DNA of 27,018 bases from positions 1 through 27,018 of IMG/VR virus record IMGVR_UViG_3300043120_000018, one strand, 5' to 3'. Below the pieces are notes generated by a model. The model ran no database searches and had not been told where the DNA came from. It saw only the letters and a list, made by a program, of their open reading frames with translations. The position numbers and the translations under genes were made by a program. Shown piece after piece: positions 1 through 10,900 of the stretch; within the stretch, counting starts at the first letter, position 1, and the number at the start of each line of letters is the position of its first letter. This stretch comes from a virus. Its lineage: Duplodnaviria; Caudoviricetes.

Positions 1-437
1 TTGGGATTTCCCTGTGCATCATATACGACAGTGTTTCTTCCACCTGAATTTTGCTCGATCGACTTTCGATAGCCATCCGTTGCGATAATGGTTAAGTCAC
101 TTACATTTTGTTGGTATTCTTGTGCTAGGTCTTCGAGAGCACCATCGTAGTTTACCAACAAAGCTGCTGCCTCTTCCGCAGAATTCTGTGCATTTGTAGC
201 AGATTGGATAGCTTGTTGAGAACTTGCCAGTGCCTCTGTTGCAGAGTTCTGTGCATCAATAGCGGATTGAGCAGATTGCTGCGAGCTTGCCAAAGATTGC
301 GCAGCGGCAGCGTTACTTTCATCATTAAGCCTCTGCAGCTCTGCTGCAGATATAGAGCCAACATTAGAGTTTATTTTTATAACCTGACCTAACCTATCTT
401 CTAGGCCACGAGATTTACTAAATGTGATTTTAAGCAT
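1..437 (-). CDS. Side (L-shaped) tail fibre, N-terminal part; runs off the window
   Basis: Not in the ORF track; translated by hand from ATG at 437, which overlaps the collar gene stop: MLKITFSKSRGLEDRLGQVIKINSNVGSISAAELQRLNDESNAAAAQSLASSQQSAQSAIDAQNSATEALASSQQAIQSATNAQNSAEEAAALL...TDGYRKSIEQNSGGRNTVVYDAQGNP. Frame open to the edge. Ala/Ser/Gln coiled-coil is typical of fibre N-termini; position after the collar gene matches T5 ltf/pb1. Confidence 0.8.
   Translation of the reverse strand, partial: MLKITFSKSRGLEDRLGQVIKINSNVGSISAAELQRLNDESNAAAAQSLASSQQSAQSAIDAQNSATEALASSQQAIQSATNAQNSAEEAAALLVNYDGALEDLAQEYQQNVSDLTIIATDGYRKSIEQNSGGRNTVVYDAQGNP
178..303 (-). repeat. Two degenerate 63-bp (21-aa) tandem repeats in the fibre coiled-coil
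   Basis: QSLASSQQSAQSAIDAQNSA / EALASSQQAIQSATNAQNSA; gcaga(a/g)ttctgtgcat occurs at 178 and 241. Confidence 0.8.
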
Positions 438-813
438 AAGAAGTCACCGTATTATTTATATATACCTTACCACCAACAATCTTAGATACCCTACTATTAT
501 TGTTTATAAGTATATCATAATAGCCTAGCAAACTAGAGCCAGACTTTGAGTTAGATATTAGAGACGAGGTTTGTTCTTTTGTCAAGTATATCGCAAATTC
601 CCCTTTAGAAGGGTTTGTTATGTTTACCTGAAACTGGGCTAATAATTCAGAAGAAAAATCAGCCTCTTTTTTGATTTGTGCTTTTATCCATAAACTAGTA
701 CTTAAATCTTCATAAGTAGAATTACCTTGAGCATCAATATGCTCAAGGGTAATATACGTTTGAAAATCGGTATTTTGGTCTATAAATAAATCAAAGGTTG
801 GATTGTTGTTCAT
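430..813 (-). CDS. Tail collar / side-fibre anchoring protein (T5 p132-like)
   Basis: 127-aa beta-rich ORF (FDLFIDQNTDF...GYYDILI...IVGGKVYI) between pb4 and the side fibre, as in T5. Confidence 0.75.
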   Translation of the reverse strand: MNNNPTFDLFIDQNTDFQTYITLEHIDAQGNSTYEDLSTSLWIKAQIKKEADFSSELLAQFQVNITNPSKGEFAIYLTKEQTSSLISNSKSGSSLLGYYDILINNNSRVSKIVGGKVYINNTVTSYA

Positions 814-821
814 AAAATTCC

Positions 822-3800
822 TTAATTAACTATGATACCTATCTTATCTTCAAAAGATTTAAATAATAAATTTACACTTGTTTGTGAGTTTATTGGGTAA
901 CCATTTGTGCCTGTAAAATTTGGTGATATTCTATAAGAAGCGGTAGCTTTATATAGATATGCTCGATCTATTCCAGGATTAATATTATCATTAAATACTA
1001 TGGTTCCCCTACCATAATACCTAGCACTTGGTGGGAAATCCCAATTACCGGGAATACCTTCGCCTTGTTCTTTAGACCAATTAGTTATCGAAACAGCCCC
1101 ACTAGCAATAGATACATTATCACGGTATATACGTACAGAACTAGTATAGGCGGCGAATGGGTCTAAAGTTTCAGGAAGTCTTGAAGATAATTCAAAGTTG
1201 TCTTCAGGAAAGTAGTCATATATTAGGTCTACTATAGCAGTTAGTTCTCTAACTCTACCACCTGAATTATGTGTAAATTCTACAACTCTAGGATTACCAG
1301 TAGTTGAAGTGCCTTGATGTGATTCTACTATACTACCTTGGAAGAACGTATTTTTAATAAATCCTATACCATTTTTCTTTATCCAAAAGATACCATTAGT
1401 ATCATTTTGAGTACCTGAGCCCGCCCATATAGAATAATCACCCGGCCCACCTACTATTGTCCTAAACCCGGTGCCGGTATCTGTTATAAGTTGGCCCCCC
1501 ATAATTAAAGGAGCAGTTATAGAGGTACCAGCAACAAACCTATCTCCTGATATAGTTCCCGTAGCTATCATATCTCCATGTACTACAAACCCTGGAGATA
1601 CCCAGGCGCTACCATTATATCTTCTAGTATTTGATACTTTAGTATCGGTTGATTTAAAGATAGTAACCACATCATCTTTTACTGGAACACCACCTGGTGT
1701 GGCAGAATTAGCTATAGAATCTGACCAAGCCCCAGTAGAACTAGATATTACATAAAATCCGGCACCTCGAGTACCATCAGATCCATCATCACCTTTAGGG
1801 CCAGTCTCCCCCTTAACTTTGAACACTGACCAAGCAGTCCAAATACCATTATATTGCTCTCTCTGGGCCATCCAAATAGTAGAGGTAGAACTAGTAGAAG
1901 ACCAGTTAGCAGCGTTATTAGTAGGATCTCCAGGCGAACTAATAACAGAAGAATACTTAATTTCAAGACTAGAAGTGTCAGTCATTTGTCTAGGAGTTGT
2001 CCACGAGCTTGTCTGTGGAGGCTCACCATTAGAAGTAAAGATACGAGTACTCGACCATAAAATAGTTTTGCCAGAAGGTATACCATCACTCCAACCAGAA
2101 GGTACAGGACTACTAAAAGTACCACCAGTAGGTGTCGAAGGTGTAGAGTTAGACCTTAAGAATACTATAGATTTAAAGGCTGAGTATCCACTTGCACCAT
2201 CAACACCATTCTGTGCCAGCACTTTCACTGCCGCCCATTCACCTGCCGAAATGGTATCGGTCTCACTCGCAGAGACAGCGGTAGCTGTGGTTACATAGAG
2301 AGGATTACTCCCAGCAGGTACAGTTTGTGTCCAACCGTTGTTAACCCCGGACAATACACCACTACTAAAGGTATATGTTGTGGTTTCACTTGGTAGCGCA
2401 GGTGTGGTAGTACTTCTTCGGTACAAGAATACTGTTGCACTGTTGAGCCCATCAGACCCATTTGTTCCGTTTTGAGCTAAAACAGTAGCCCCGGCCCATT
2501 CATTGCTTGCAATGGTATCCTTGTCGCCTACTGAACTCGCTGTAGCTGCTGTTACATATATAGGGGCTGTCCCCGCTGGAATTGCTTGCGTCCAACCATT
2601 GTTAGCACCAGTAAGTGTCTTGGTGGAAAAAGTATAAGTGGTAGTGACCGAGGGGAGAGGAGGTGTACTTGTACTTCTTCGATACAAGAACACAGTGGCG
2701 TTGTTTAAACCGCTTGCACCATCAACACCTCGCGATCCAGTAAATTGGATGGGTGTTTGCCAGACAGTACCGTCTTCCAATTTACCTGATATTTCGTTTA
2801 GTTCGCCCTGAGAAGCCCACACAACATTACTCGGGTCTGATATAGCTACTGGTACCTTAGACCAACCAGAAGGTGGATATAAATTACCTGTAGGAGTAGC
2901 AGGACGTACTGAAGCCTCTTTATATACCCAAACAATACGTTTAGCTACTAAATCATCTAAATCTATACTCCCTAAAGACGTTCCTATCTGAACCTCTCCA
3001 GATATTGTCATTCTAGTTCCGTCCCATCTAATATAACTGGAAGAGTTTCCTATGTCTAACTTATACTTACCAGAGGTATTATCCATGCCCATCCACAGGC
3101 CTGCCACAGAACTACCGTATACTTTCCCTTCGGAATATAAGGCGGGATTATCCTTACCTGTAAAGTTTGTTAAGACAAAATCAGCAGCATTAATTTTCTT
3201 AGTAATTATACCACCATCTACAGATAATGTACCAGTACTACCATTTAGTTGAATAGGGAAGGTACCATCAGGATTTTGTTGACCTAGGCCGAAGTTACCA
3301 CTTACAGCATCTAAAAGGAATGTTGGTTTACGTATACTACCTTCCAATCTATAACCTTTTATACCTGCATATGTTGTCTCTACTAGACTATTTCTGGTAA
3401 ATGAGGATTCAAGATTAGTACTCTCATTTATAAGTATATCTAGGACATTAGAATCAGCTACGTTGTTAGGGGCTTCCCCAAAGGAATAAGCTCGTACCAT
3501 AAGTTTATACGGAACTTTATATGGAAAGCCAGTTAATATAGCATCTGTAGAGTTTCCAACAGATAACTTTTTAGCTGTAGCCCACCTGTCAGAAACATTA
3601 AGATCAAATTCCTCTTTAGTAACGTACCATATAACAAAAGATTTTATCCCAGCCTTTCCATTTTTATCCCAATTCCAAGATACTTTAACATCATATCTTT
3701 CAATCCCATCATTAACTTTTGCATATTTTAATGTAACGTTAGACGGTGCTGAAGGGTTATTTAGGTTCGGAGTAACATCTATTACTTGAGGGTACTCAAA

Positions 3801-4385
3801 ATAAGGGGATACTTCACTAATCTTACCTTCAGTAGTATACATTATCCCACGTACTCTTACTCTAAATTTACCAGAATAAGGGGGGCTAAGAACAACCTCT
3901 GTTGACATCTGTCCCGAATAGAAATTCTTCCAAGTACTAGTACCTTCTTGTAAATACTCAAACTCTACAGTTTCTGAAGCCCCATCTAGTTGAACTACTA
4001 AATTAGGTATAGATACTCCAATATCTACGTCAAGTTTATCGTAGGAAATATTTAAAATAACAGGGCCGGAGTTTGTTTCCACAGTTACGGGGTCTGAGGG
4101 TTCTATACCAAACATAGCAGATAGTATATCATCGTCCTGCATAGTATCATAAAAGGCCCCTCGAATTTCGTACTTAGTAGCTGGCATAAGATTATGTAAG
4201 ATTGCCGCTGTGGTTTCAGCATCTACTTTAACCAAAGTAGGGGAGGCATTTGAACCTACTTCCTTAATCCAAAAAGCTCTCCCCAATATATCAGCATCAG
4301 TAGGTGTATTATTCCTAATGTATACCTTATTATACCCACCTTTAGCTTCCATAATAACCATTTTTCTTGGTTGAATGTTTTTCAT
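822..4385 (-). CDS. Central straight tail fibre protein (T5 pb4-like), enlarged to about 1187 aa
   Basis: Motifs recalled from T5 pb4: GRAFWIKE, GAFYD, DGIERYD, INAADFVLTNFTGKDNPALY, LDIGNSSSYIRWDG, YPPSGWSK, VHGDMI. ATG at 4385 overlaps the pb3 stop (ATGA) and is preferred over the TTG at 4400. Confidence 0.9.
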   Translation of the reverse strand: MKNIQPRKMVIMEAKGGYNKVYIRNNTPTDADILGRAFWIKEVGSNASPTLVKVDAETTAAILHNLMPATKYEIRGAFYDTMQDDDILSAMFGIEPSDPVTVETNSGPVILNISYDKLDVDIGVSIPNLVVQLDGASETVEFEYLQEGTSTWKNFYSGQMSTEVVLSPPYSGKFRVRVRGIMYTTEGKISEVSPYFEYPQVIDVTPNLNNPSAPSNVTLKYAKVNDGIERYDVKVSWNWDKNGKAGIKSFVIWYVTKEEFDLNVSDRWATAKKLSVGNSTDAILTGFPYKVPYKLMVRAYSFGEAPNNVADSNVLDILINESTNLESSFTRNSLVETTYAGIKGYRLEGSIRKPTFLLDAVSGNFGLGQQNPDGTFPIQLNGSTGTLSVDGGIITKKINAADFVLTNFTGKDNPALYSEGKVYGSSVAGLWMGMDNTSGKYKLDIGNSSSYIRWDGTRMTISGEVQIGTSLGSIDLDDLVAKRIVWVYKEASVRPATPTGNLYPPSGWSKVPVAISDPSNVVWASQGELNEISGKLEDGTVWQTPIQFTGSRGVDGASGLNNATVFLYRRSTSTPPLPSVTTTYTFSTKTLTGANNGWTQAIPAGTAPIYVTAATASSVGDKDTIASNEWAGATVLAQNGTNGSDGLNSATVFLYRRSTTTPALPSETTTYTFSSGVLSGVNNGWTQTVPAGSNPLYVTTATAVSASETDTISAGEWAAVKVLAQNGVDGASGYSAFKSIVFLRSNSTPSTPTGGTFSSPVPSGWSDGIPSGKTILWSSTRIFTSNGEPPQTSSWTTPRQMTDTSSLEIKYSSVISSPGDPTNNAANWSSTSSTSTIWMAQREQYNGIWTAWSVFKVKGETGPKGDDGSDGTRGAGFYVISSSTGAWSDSIANSATPGGVPVKDDVVTIFKSTDTKVSNTRRYNGSAWVSPGFVVHGDMIATGTISGDRFVAGTSITAPLIMGGQLITDTGTGFRTIVGGPGDYSIWAGSGTQNDTNGIFWIKKNGIGFIKNTFFQGSIVESHQGTSTTGNPRVVEFTHNSGGRVRELTAIVDLIYDYFPEDNFELSSRLPETLDPFAAYTSSVRIYRDNVSIASGAVSITNWSKEQGEGIPGNWDFPPSARYYGRGTIVFNDNINPGIDRAYLYKATASYRISPNFTGTNGYPINSQTSVNLLFKSFEDKIGIIVN
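2191..2729 (-). repeat. Two tandem 87-aa (261-bp) repeats in pb4, bounded by identical 17-bp direct repeats
   Basis: LNNATVFLYRRSTSTPPLPS...VLAQNGTNGSDG / LNSATVFLYRRSTTTPALPS...VLAQNGVDGASG; cttgcaccatcaacacc at 2191-2207 and 2713-2729, 522 bp apart. Confidence 0.9.
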
Positions 4386-7216
4386 AGTATTTTGCTCCAA
4401 TTAGCTGAAACAGAGTTACCAGCACCTTCTGCTCGTATATTAAAGCGTAGCTCTCTGAATATACCTACAGAATTATTCTTATTTAAATAATCAGCTTTAT
4501 TATTTATAAAAGTATAAATATAAGAGTCGGCTGGTGTATTTATAAGTTCTTCTCTTATAATATTATCAAAAGTATCTAATATTTGCAACCTATATTTTAA
4601 GTCAGTTACAGTAGTATCAATAGGATCCCAGGCAAGTTGCACAAAATTATTTATAAACCTATCAGTATATCCTGGTTCTAGATTAACTACCCTAAAATTA
4701 GGTACACCAGGAAGATAACTTGAGGGGTCCACATCTATAGTAATATAACGAGGAGCGCTAAAAGATCCTCTAGTAGAAACCGCTCGTATACCGAAAGTAT
4801 AAGTACCTATGGGTAAATTAACTATATTATAGTTCACTCTACCCTCAGTACTTGGCTTAGGAATCCTATCAGCACCTTCACTACCTTCCCAAAATATTAA
4901 ATAATAATCTACATCTTGTGATAGGCTAGGTAACCAACTAAGCTGCCCATTTACATTCTCCCCTGGTTCCTCTAATAAACTAGAAGGGGTGTATTGTATA
5001 TCTCTTACGGGTAACACAGCAGGTTCAATATTAGTATCCTGTTCGTTACTTATATCAGCCTGACCACTATTAATAAATACATCTTTAGGGTATTCTCTAA
5101 ACGTGGCCCTAATATTTCCGCTAGAATCAATTTCTATAGAATTTACTAAAAACTCTTTATTTACCCAAGAATATCTACTATAACTTAACGTTACATTATT
5201 ATTAGGTAATATTGCCCCAATATAGTAGTGCGGTAAAGTAACAGAGACATTTTTAGCAGACCTAGACTTTCTAAGCTCTCGCTCAGTTAAACTACGAGCA
5301 GTATAGTAATTAGTTATATAAGGAAATGAAAGATTTAATTTCTTCTCTACACCCCTATCCTCTTCTTTAAACTTAGAATTATAGAATGTTATAGATGTAG
5401 TTTGCCAAGATTTACCAGGATCCGCAATACTAGCATTTACTGTATTATACTTAGAATTTCCTGTTATATCATCCACCTTTACTGTGCTTTTTGCTTCCTT
5501 ATCCAAATCTATATGGTAAATAGGTTCATCATCACTTTCTACTTGTAAAATATATTTCCCACTATATTTTATTAGTGATCCTAATACCTGCCCTAACATG
5601 GAGCCAATATTTTTATGCACAGTCTGTTCTGTAGGAATAATACAGTTGGTTTGCATTATATGTCGATTCTCATTACCAGATATTCTTGGGTCTTTCCACC
5701 CTATATACCTCCAGAAAGGTACCCAATCCTGCTCATAACTAGTATCTAATAGATCGAATTTGGTAGCAACATCCTCCAAACTACTTAGAGAAAAATCGTT
5801 AGCCCCCAAAGACATACCATATCTAAAAGACCTTAGATAATCAAAAATCTGCCAAGCCATATTCGTGGAGGTGCTTACTCCTGGTATTATATTTCCATTT
5901 TTAACAGTATCTACTATTTTACCACAAACCTCGGCCTCTAGACTAGGTATAGCAGTGCGACCACCTTCTAAATCACTTAGTTTATAGTTAAAGATAACAT
6001 AAGCGGTATCTAATAATTTAAAACTAGAGTCCCAATATTCAGGCCCAATGTTATTTAAACTTTGTAGATAAAACTCACCTGCTGCAGCCTTATCAACTAG
6101 TACTTGAGCTGCAGATTGATTAGATTTTCCATGATAAGTCCAAAAACGAATTTCTCCCTGCCCATCATCTAGTATATACTCTCTACCGTGTTCCGAAGGA
6201 GCATCTCTATTAGCCCCTCCAGGCACTACCGAATTATTTATAGTATCACCGCGCACTTTCTTTCTACCAAAACAAACTCTTTGCTCATCATCAGTATCAT
6301 TTGTGCATATAATTGGGGCATCATCTAGATAGAAGTCATAAAATCCCTCTATCTCCCCCTCACAGATAGCATAAACAATCCAGACAGAGCTGGGATCATT
6401 TTTTTCGGTATCCGCAAAGATAGGAATTGCAGGTACTTTTTGTACCCCATAAACTACTGGAATAAACTTAGCTGATAGATCAAATCTAATATCTACTTCT
6501 TTGGTAACTATTTCAGTATATTCCTGCATTGAATAAGATTTCTTTAAACCAAACCACGAAGATTTTTTATTAAGTTTATATTTAGTTTCCTCTGTTTGGT
6601 ATTGTGCTAATATATTAGTTGTTTTATTAGCGTGGAAAAACCCTTTATCAGCAGCATACTCTGGCCTCTTGGTTGCTGCCGAAGGCATCCAAGTACCGTT
6701 TTCCACTGTTAAACCTCTATGAGCTGCATCATCTGTTATTCGTCCAACAACCTGTTGGAAGTCCTGAAAATGGTTAGCGCATTCCCATTCTACCACAGAG
6801 CTGTTTTTCAAACCAGTAGAGTTATCTGATATAGAAGAACCTGTAATTATGCCCTCAAATAATACAATCTCTTCTCCTATAACCTCCTCAGTGCTAGGAT
6901 CCATATATATTATAGAGATTTTTAATGTTTTATTTAGGAAAGATGAACCTCCCTCATCTAACGCAAGGTCAAGTTGTTCTTCATCCAGGCCACTCATGGA
7001 TACTTTGACCTTATGTGCGGTGAGATCTTTTGTGAATTTTATATTTTTCACCGAGTTGACCACATTAGTTTTATATTCTATCCCATTGTGGGTAATATCT
7101 CTGGAAAAATCCGTATAATACAAATATACTGGATTTCCAACTGTACTGGTAGGCCTCTCCAATCGTATAAGATATGCTTTCAGCACTTTACTATAGTTTT
7201 TTAAAATATTAATCAT
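4382..7216 (-). CDS. Baseplate hub protein (T5 pb3-like, with FNIII domains)
   Basis: 944 aa; motifs GRITDDAAHRGL, DKGFFHAN, IPVVYGVQKV, YAICEGEIEGF; C-terminal FNIII-like segments; lies between Dit and pb4. Confidence 0.92.
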   Translation of the reverse strand: MINILKNYSKVLKAYLIRLERPTSTVGNPVYLYYTDFSRDITHNGIEYKTNVVNSVKNIKFTKDLTAHKVKVSMSGLDEEQLDLALDEGGSSFLNKTLKISIIYMDPSTEEVIGEEIVLFEGIITGSSISDNSTGLKNSSVVEWECANHFQDFQQVVGRITDDAAHRGLTVENGTWMPSAATKRPEYAADKGFFHANKTTNILAQYQTEETKYKLNKKSSWFGLKKSYSMQEYTEIVTKEVDIRFDLSAKFIPVVYGVQKVPAIPIFADTEKNDPSSVWIVYAICEGEIEGFYDFYLDDAPIICTNDTDDEQRVCFGRKKVRGDTINNSVVPGGANRDAPSEHGREYILDDGQGEIRFWTYHGKSNQSAAQVLVDKAAAGEFYLQSLNNIGPEYWDSSFKLLDTAYVIFNYKLSDLEGGRTAIPSLEAEVCGKIVDTVKNGNIIPGVSTSTNMAWQIFDYLRSFRYGMSLGANDFSLSSLEDVATKFDLLDTSYEQDWVPFWRYIGWKDPRISGNENRHIMQTNCIIPTEQTVHKNIGSMLGQVLGSLIKYSGKYILQVESDDEPIYHIDLDKEAKSTVKVDDITGNSKYNTVNASIADPGKSWQTTSITFYNSKFKEEDRGVEKKLNLSFPYITNYYTARSLTERELRKSRSAKNVSVTLPHYYIGAILPNNNVTLSYSRYSWVNKEFLVNSIEIDSSGNIRATFREYPKDVFINSGQADISNEQDTNIEPAVLPVRDIQYTPSSLLEEPGENVNGQLSWLPSLSQDVDYYLIFWEGSEGADRIPKPSTEGRVNYNIVNLPIGTYTFGIRAVSTRGSFSAPRYITIDVDPSSYLPGVPNFRVVNLEPGYTDRFINNFVQLAWDPIDTTVTDLKYRLQILDTFDNIIREELINTPADSYIYTFINNKADYLNKNNSVGIFRELRFNIRAEGAGNSVSANWSKIL

Positions 7217-7829
7217 TTATTATTTCCTCAGAAAATTCTAATTCGAAGGAGGAGTAATAGTTATCCACCGTAAATGTGTCTGAAAACTCTTCTGGCCTCT
7301 CTGGTACCAAAGTAAATAATACTCCGTTAAACTGTACCTTCTCTGTACCAACTGTTTCTCTAACTAGATTTGGGAAAATAGTTAACTTAAGAGTAGTGTT
7401 AACCTTCTCTACACGCAGTATCTTATATACTTTAGTAGAATTACTTAATTTAAATACATCCCCTATAGTAGGTAACTGATTACTAGTATAATTAGTTATA
7501 TTAAGGGTATCCCCCTTCTGTCCCGCGGGGATTATCATACCGGTAGTATCAGAAGGTGCAGTATAAGATTGTAGATGAGGTATAAATACTTGAAAACGTT
7601 CGCCCCTATTTATACCTAAAAGATATTCTGAAATCAAAATATTATACTGTTCTTTGGTAAGGTCTTCATAGGACAAGGTTACGCCCCAATACTGTGCGGA
7701 TCCTTTCACAGTATATACCTTACCTCCAGGTAATCTTTCTCTATATTGCGGATCATTATTTTTTATTGGAGCTCTTACGAACCCAGGAGCTTTTGGATTA
7801 GTAAGAGGGTCAGGTAATCTTATTGCCAT
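7209..7829 (-). CDS. Distal tail protein Dit (T5 pb9-like)
   Basis: RLPDPLTNP...SAQYWG...IPAGQKG...GDVFKLS...KVYKI resembles T5 pb9; lies downstream of the tape measure gene. Confidence 0.92.
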   Translation of the reverse strand: MAIRLPDPLTNPKAPGFVRAPIKNNDPQYRERLPGGKVYTVKGSAQYWGVTLSYEDLTKEQYNILISEYLLGINRGERFQVFIPHLQSYTAPSDTTGMIIPAGQKGDTLNITNYTSNQLPTIGDVFKLSNSTKVYKILRVEKVNTTLKLTIFPNLVRETVGTEKVQFNGVLFTLVPERPEEFSDTFTVDNYYSSFELEFSEEIIND

Positions 7830-7869
7830 TTCTTGTCCTCATAAGTGTTAGATACATTGAATATCTTAT

Positions 7870-7898
7870 ATTATATCTTGCAATATATCATACGTCAA
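7870..7898 (-). promoter_or_regulatory. Sigma70-type promoter for the tail-tip operon
   Basis: Minus strand TTGACG-17 bp-TATAAT with AT-rich upstream sequence, upstream of Dit. Confidence 0.85.
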
Positions 7899-7906
7899 TA
7901 ATTTTT

Positions 7907-7942
7907 ATAAAAATACCCAGACTACGTAAATAGTCCGGGTAT
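7907..7942 (-). terminator. Rho-independent terminator after the tape measure gene
   Basis: Minus strand ATACCCGGACTA-tttacg-TAGTCTGGGTAT followed by a T run. Confidence 0.8.
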
Positions 7943-7945
7943 ATA

Positions 7946-10900
7946 CTATAGCTGTTCAAGCCTAGATAGAGTGTATCCTCTAGCATTTGCCTCAGCTTCT
8001 ACCGCTGCATAGATGTCGCCTGCTCTATCAATAACAGACTGACTATCAATAGCAGATATATTGAATTGAAGTGTTGGGCTAGAACCAAAACCTGATTTAA
8101 CAGTTTTCGCATCTTCGTTCTTAGTAACACTCATTCCCTGTATACTAGTACTAACTGGCTCAGCACCATGTTCACCGGTAATATACTTAACGTTAGGTGT
8201 TAGGGAGCTACCACGAGCACGAGGAATAAAGTCTTGTATTCCTCCTACACCTTGGCTACCTCTTAGATAACTGAGCTCACCCATAGTAGACCCACGACTA
8301 ACATCTACTTTGTTGTCTCTACTACCTAACTCTAATTTAGTAGGGTCTCCACTAACCGCAGCCGATGGTATAGAACCTGAATCAAGAGAGCTTAACTGCA
8401 TAGCACCCATAGCTGCTACAACTGCTGCAAGTGCAAGACCTGCATAGATGTTACCAGCAGTAGAGATAGCCGACATAATACCAGTAGCTGTGTTAGCTAT
8501 GATAGATTGCCTTTGCATTTTCATATTCTCTTTTTGCTTTTTAGCTTCAAGTTGTGCAATCTTCTTACGAGAAGCCTCAGACTTACCGTCCTTCTTCTTC
8601 TCCGCTGCTATTTGGGCATCAATATCTTTTATTGTCTGGCTAGACGCAAAAGACGCTATACTAGCTGCAGCTTGTATACCCATTGATACAGAATTCCAGG
8701 CACTCTCACTAGATTTACCTACCTGGTCAAGCCCCACCACAAACTGCTGTAAGCTATCAAACATAGAACCCATAGCAGCATCATTTTCAGCCAAAGCATT
8801 ACGAGAAGACTCATAAATAGACGCCCCTACTTGTTGGTTATAGGCTAAAAGCTCCTGTTCGTTCATAGATACTATAGACTGTTGATTTGTTCTAGCTAAA
8901 AATAGCTCATTTAGTGATGCTTCTTGGTCTAATCTTTTTTGTATAAGATCGCCCTTCATTAAGGAGATCTCTTGCTCCTTAGCTTGAGAATCTTCCATGT
9001 CGATAAGTCCTTTTTTACGTAAAGTATTTAGCTCCTCTTGTCTAATACTTATCTCTTGAGTAAGAGCTGCAATATCTCCACCACCGCCAGCATTCATCTC
9101 CTTACTACGCATACTACTTATGGTTGAATCAGTAATTCTACCAATCTCCGCAGCTTCTATAGCCGCACGTTCCCGCTTAGTCTTATTGATTTCCATCTCA
9201 AGACGTAAACGTTCATCTGTAGCAGCATTTCCTGCAGGAAGAAGAGCTAATTCTTTTTGCAGATTATCCAACTGCAACTTATTTAATGAGACGGCCAAAT
9301 CATAAGAAGAAATAGTTGAAGAATACCCAGAACTAAATTGTCTTTGCTGCAATTCTAATTCTTTAGCAAGACTAGCTTGTTCTAGCAGTTCTTGGGAGAT
9401 TTGTCTCCTAATTTCTTCTTCTTTTAAAAGATTAACATTGATCGCAGATTGCGTTGCCATCATCTGAGCACTTGAAGCCCCTGCAACTTGCTGTCTACGT
9501 AATGTAACCTTTAAAGCTTCTGTTTCGAGTTTCAAAGTATCCATCTCTATCTGAGAGCGTGTGGCACCAGCTTTAATTCCATTTTCTGTCACACTTAATT
9601 GTCTCTCAGCTAGGGTAGTATTGGCTATATAATCTGCTCGCATAATTGCTGCAAGGCTAGATACGCTTCCAATTGCTTCCTTAGAGAACCCTGATAACTC
9701 CTGAAATGAAGTACCTGGAGCATTTTCCTGTAATTGAAGAGCTGCTTTATCAAGCTCCACCAGTCCTTGAGTTAATTGTTCAAAGGGTAATGTGCCCCCC
9801 TTGGCAGCCGCAGAGATACTATCAACAGTCTCTTTGAAGTTCTTTTGAGATTTAGCATTCCGTACTGCAGCAGCACCAGCCATAGCCTGCTCTTCAGTAT
9901 ACGCACCAGTAGCTTCTCTAGCTTTCTGTAGGATATTATAAAACTGAGAGAAACTATCCTTAGCTTCTTTAGCCGCCTTATCGCTCAACCCCATAGACCT
10001 ATCTATAGCGTTAAATATATCTTCTGCCAGCATAGCACCAAAAGGGTTTGTATAAGACATAAAATCTAATGCTTCATCTAAAGGTTTTTTAAAGTCTCGT
10101 CTAGCCTGACTACCTATATTTTTTCCTAACTTCTCTAAACCTCTAGAGGAGGCCTGTTCCATTGCTAAATAGGCATTAGCTATTGCACTTGGGCCTCCTT
10201 CCTTTAGACCGGTTTCTATAGTCTTAGAGTAATCCTGTAACTCTTTAACCGTATTAGAAGTTCCTCCCCCAAGCATATTAGATAGTTTAGTAGCCAGGGG
10301 GTCTAAGAAGTTCGCTAAATATTGCACCCCAGAGCTTGCAGTACTACGTATTGCGGCATCTAATAGCTCCCAGCCATTAGCCTGTAAGTAGGGGTCTACT
10401 TTACCCTGCCTTATCTCAGATTCTCTAAGTACAGCGTTTAAGTAGGCCTGCTGCTTTTGGTAGCTTGTTAGAGCCGTAGCACTAACTCCAATGCTTTCTG
10501 CATATTTATCATAAGCTTCTGTCAGACGAACAGTAATACCTAATTCATCTAGTAGTTCAATTTCCAGCTTGGACACACCACGAATAATACGGTTCAGTGC
10601 GTCATTCATATCAACACCTAAAGCAACTGATGCTCTACGAGCAGCCACAGTCATTTGACTGATCTGTTCTGCTGTAAATCCAAAGGTAGATGCCGATGCC
10701 GCCTGTCTTAAAGCATTTTCGTAGCTTACCGCGAAACCTGTAGCCTCCTGCAGATCTCTGGCGATACTCTGGATGGGTGCACCAACTGAAGCCCCCATAA
10801 CTGAACCTATCTGTTCTAACCTATTTAACTGAGCACCGTCAGATAGTACACGCATAGCCTCACTAGCAGCAAAAACGTTGGCAGCTATAATAGCATAAAT

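Noticed and set aside
152-392. Track ORFs 152-364 (-) and 204-392 (+)
   Set aside because: Alternate-frame and antisense shadows of the real fibre gene starting at 437.
2395-2402. AGCGCAGG resembling the T5 single-strand nick consensus
   Set aside because: A single short match within coding sequence; nick specificity of this phage is unknown.
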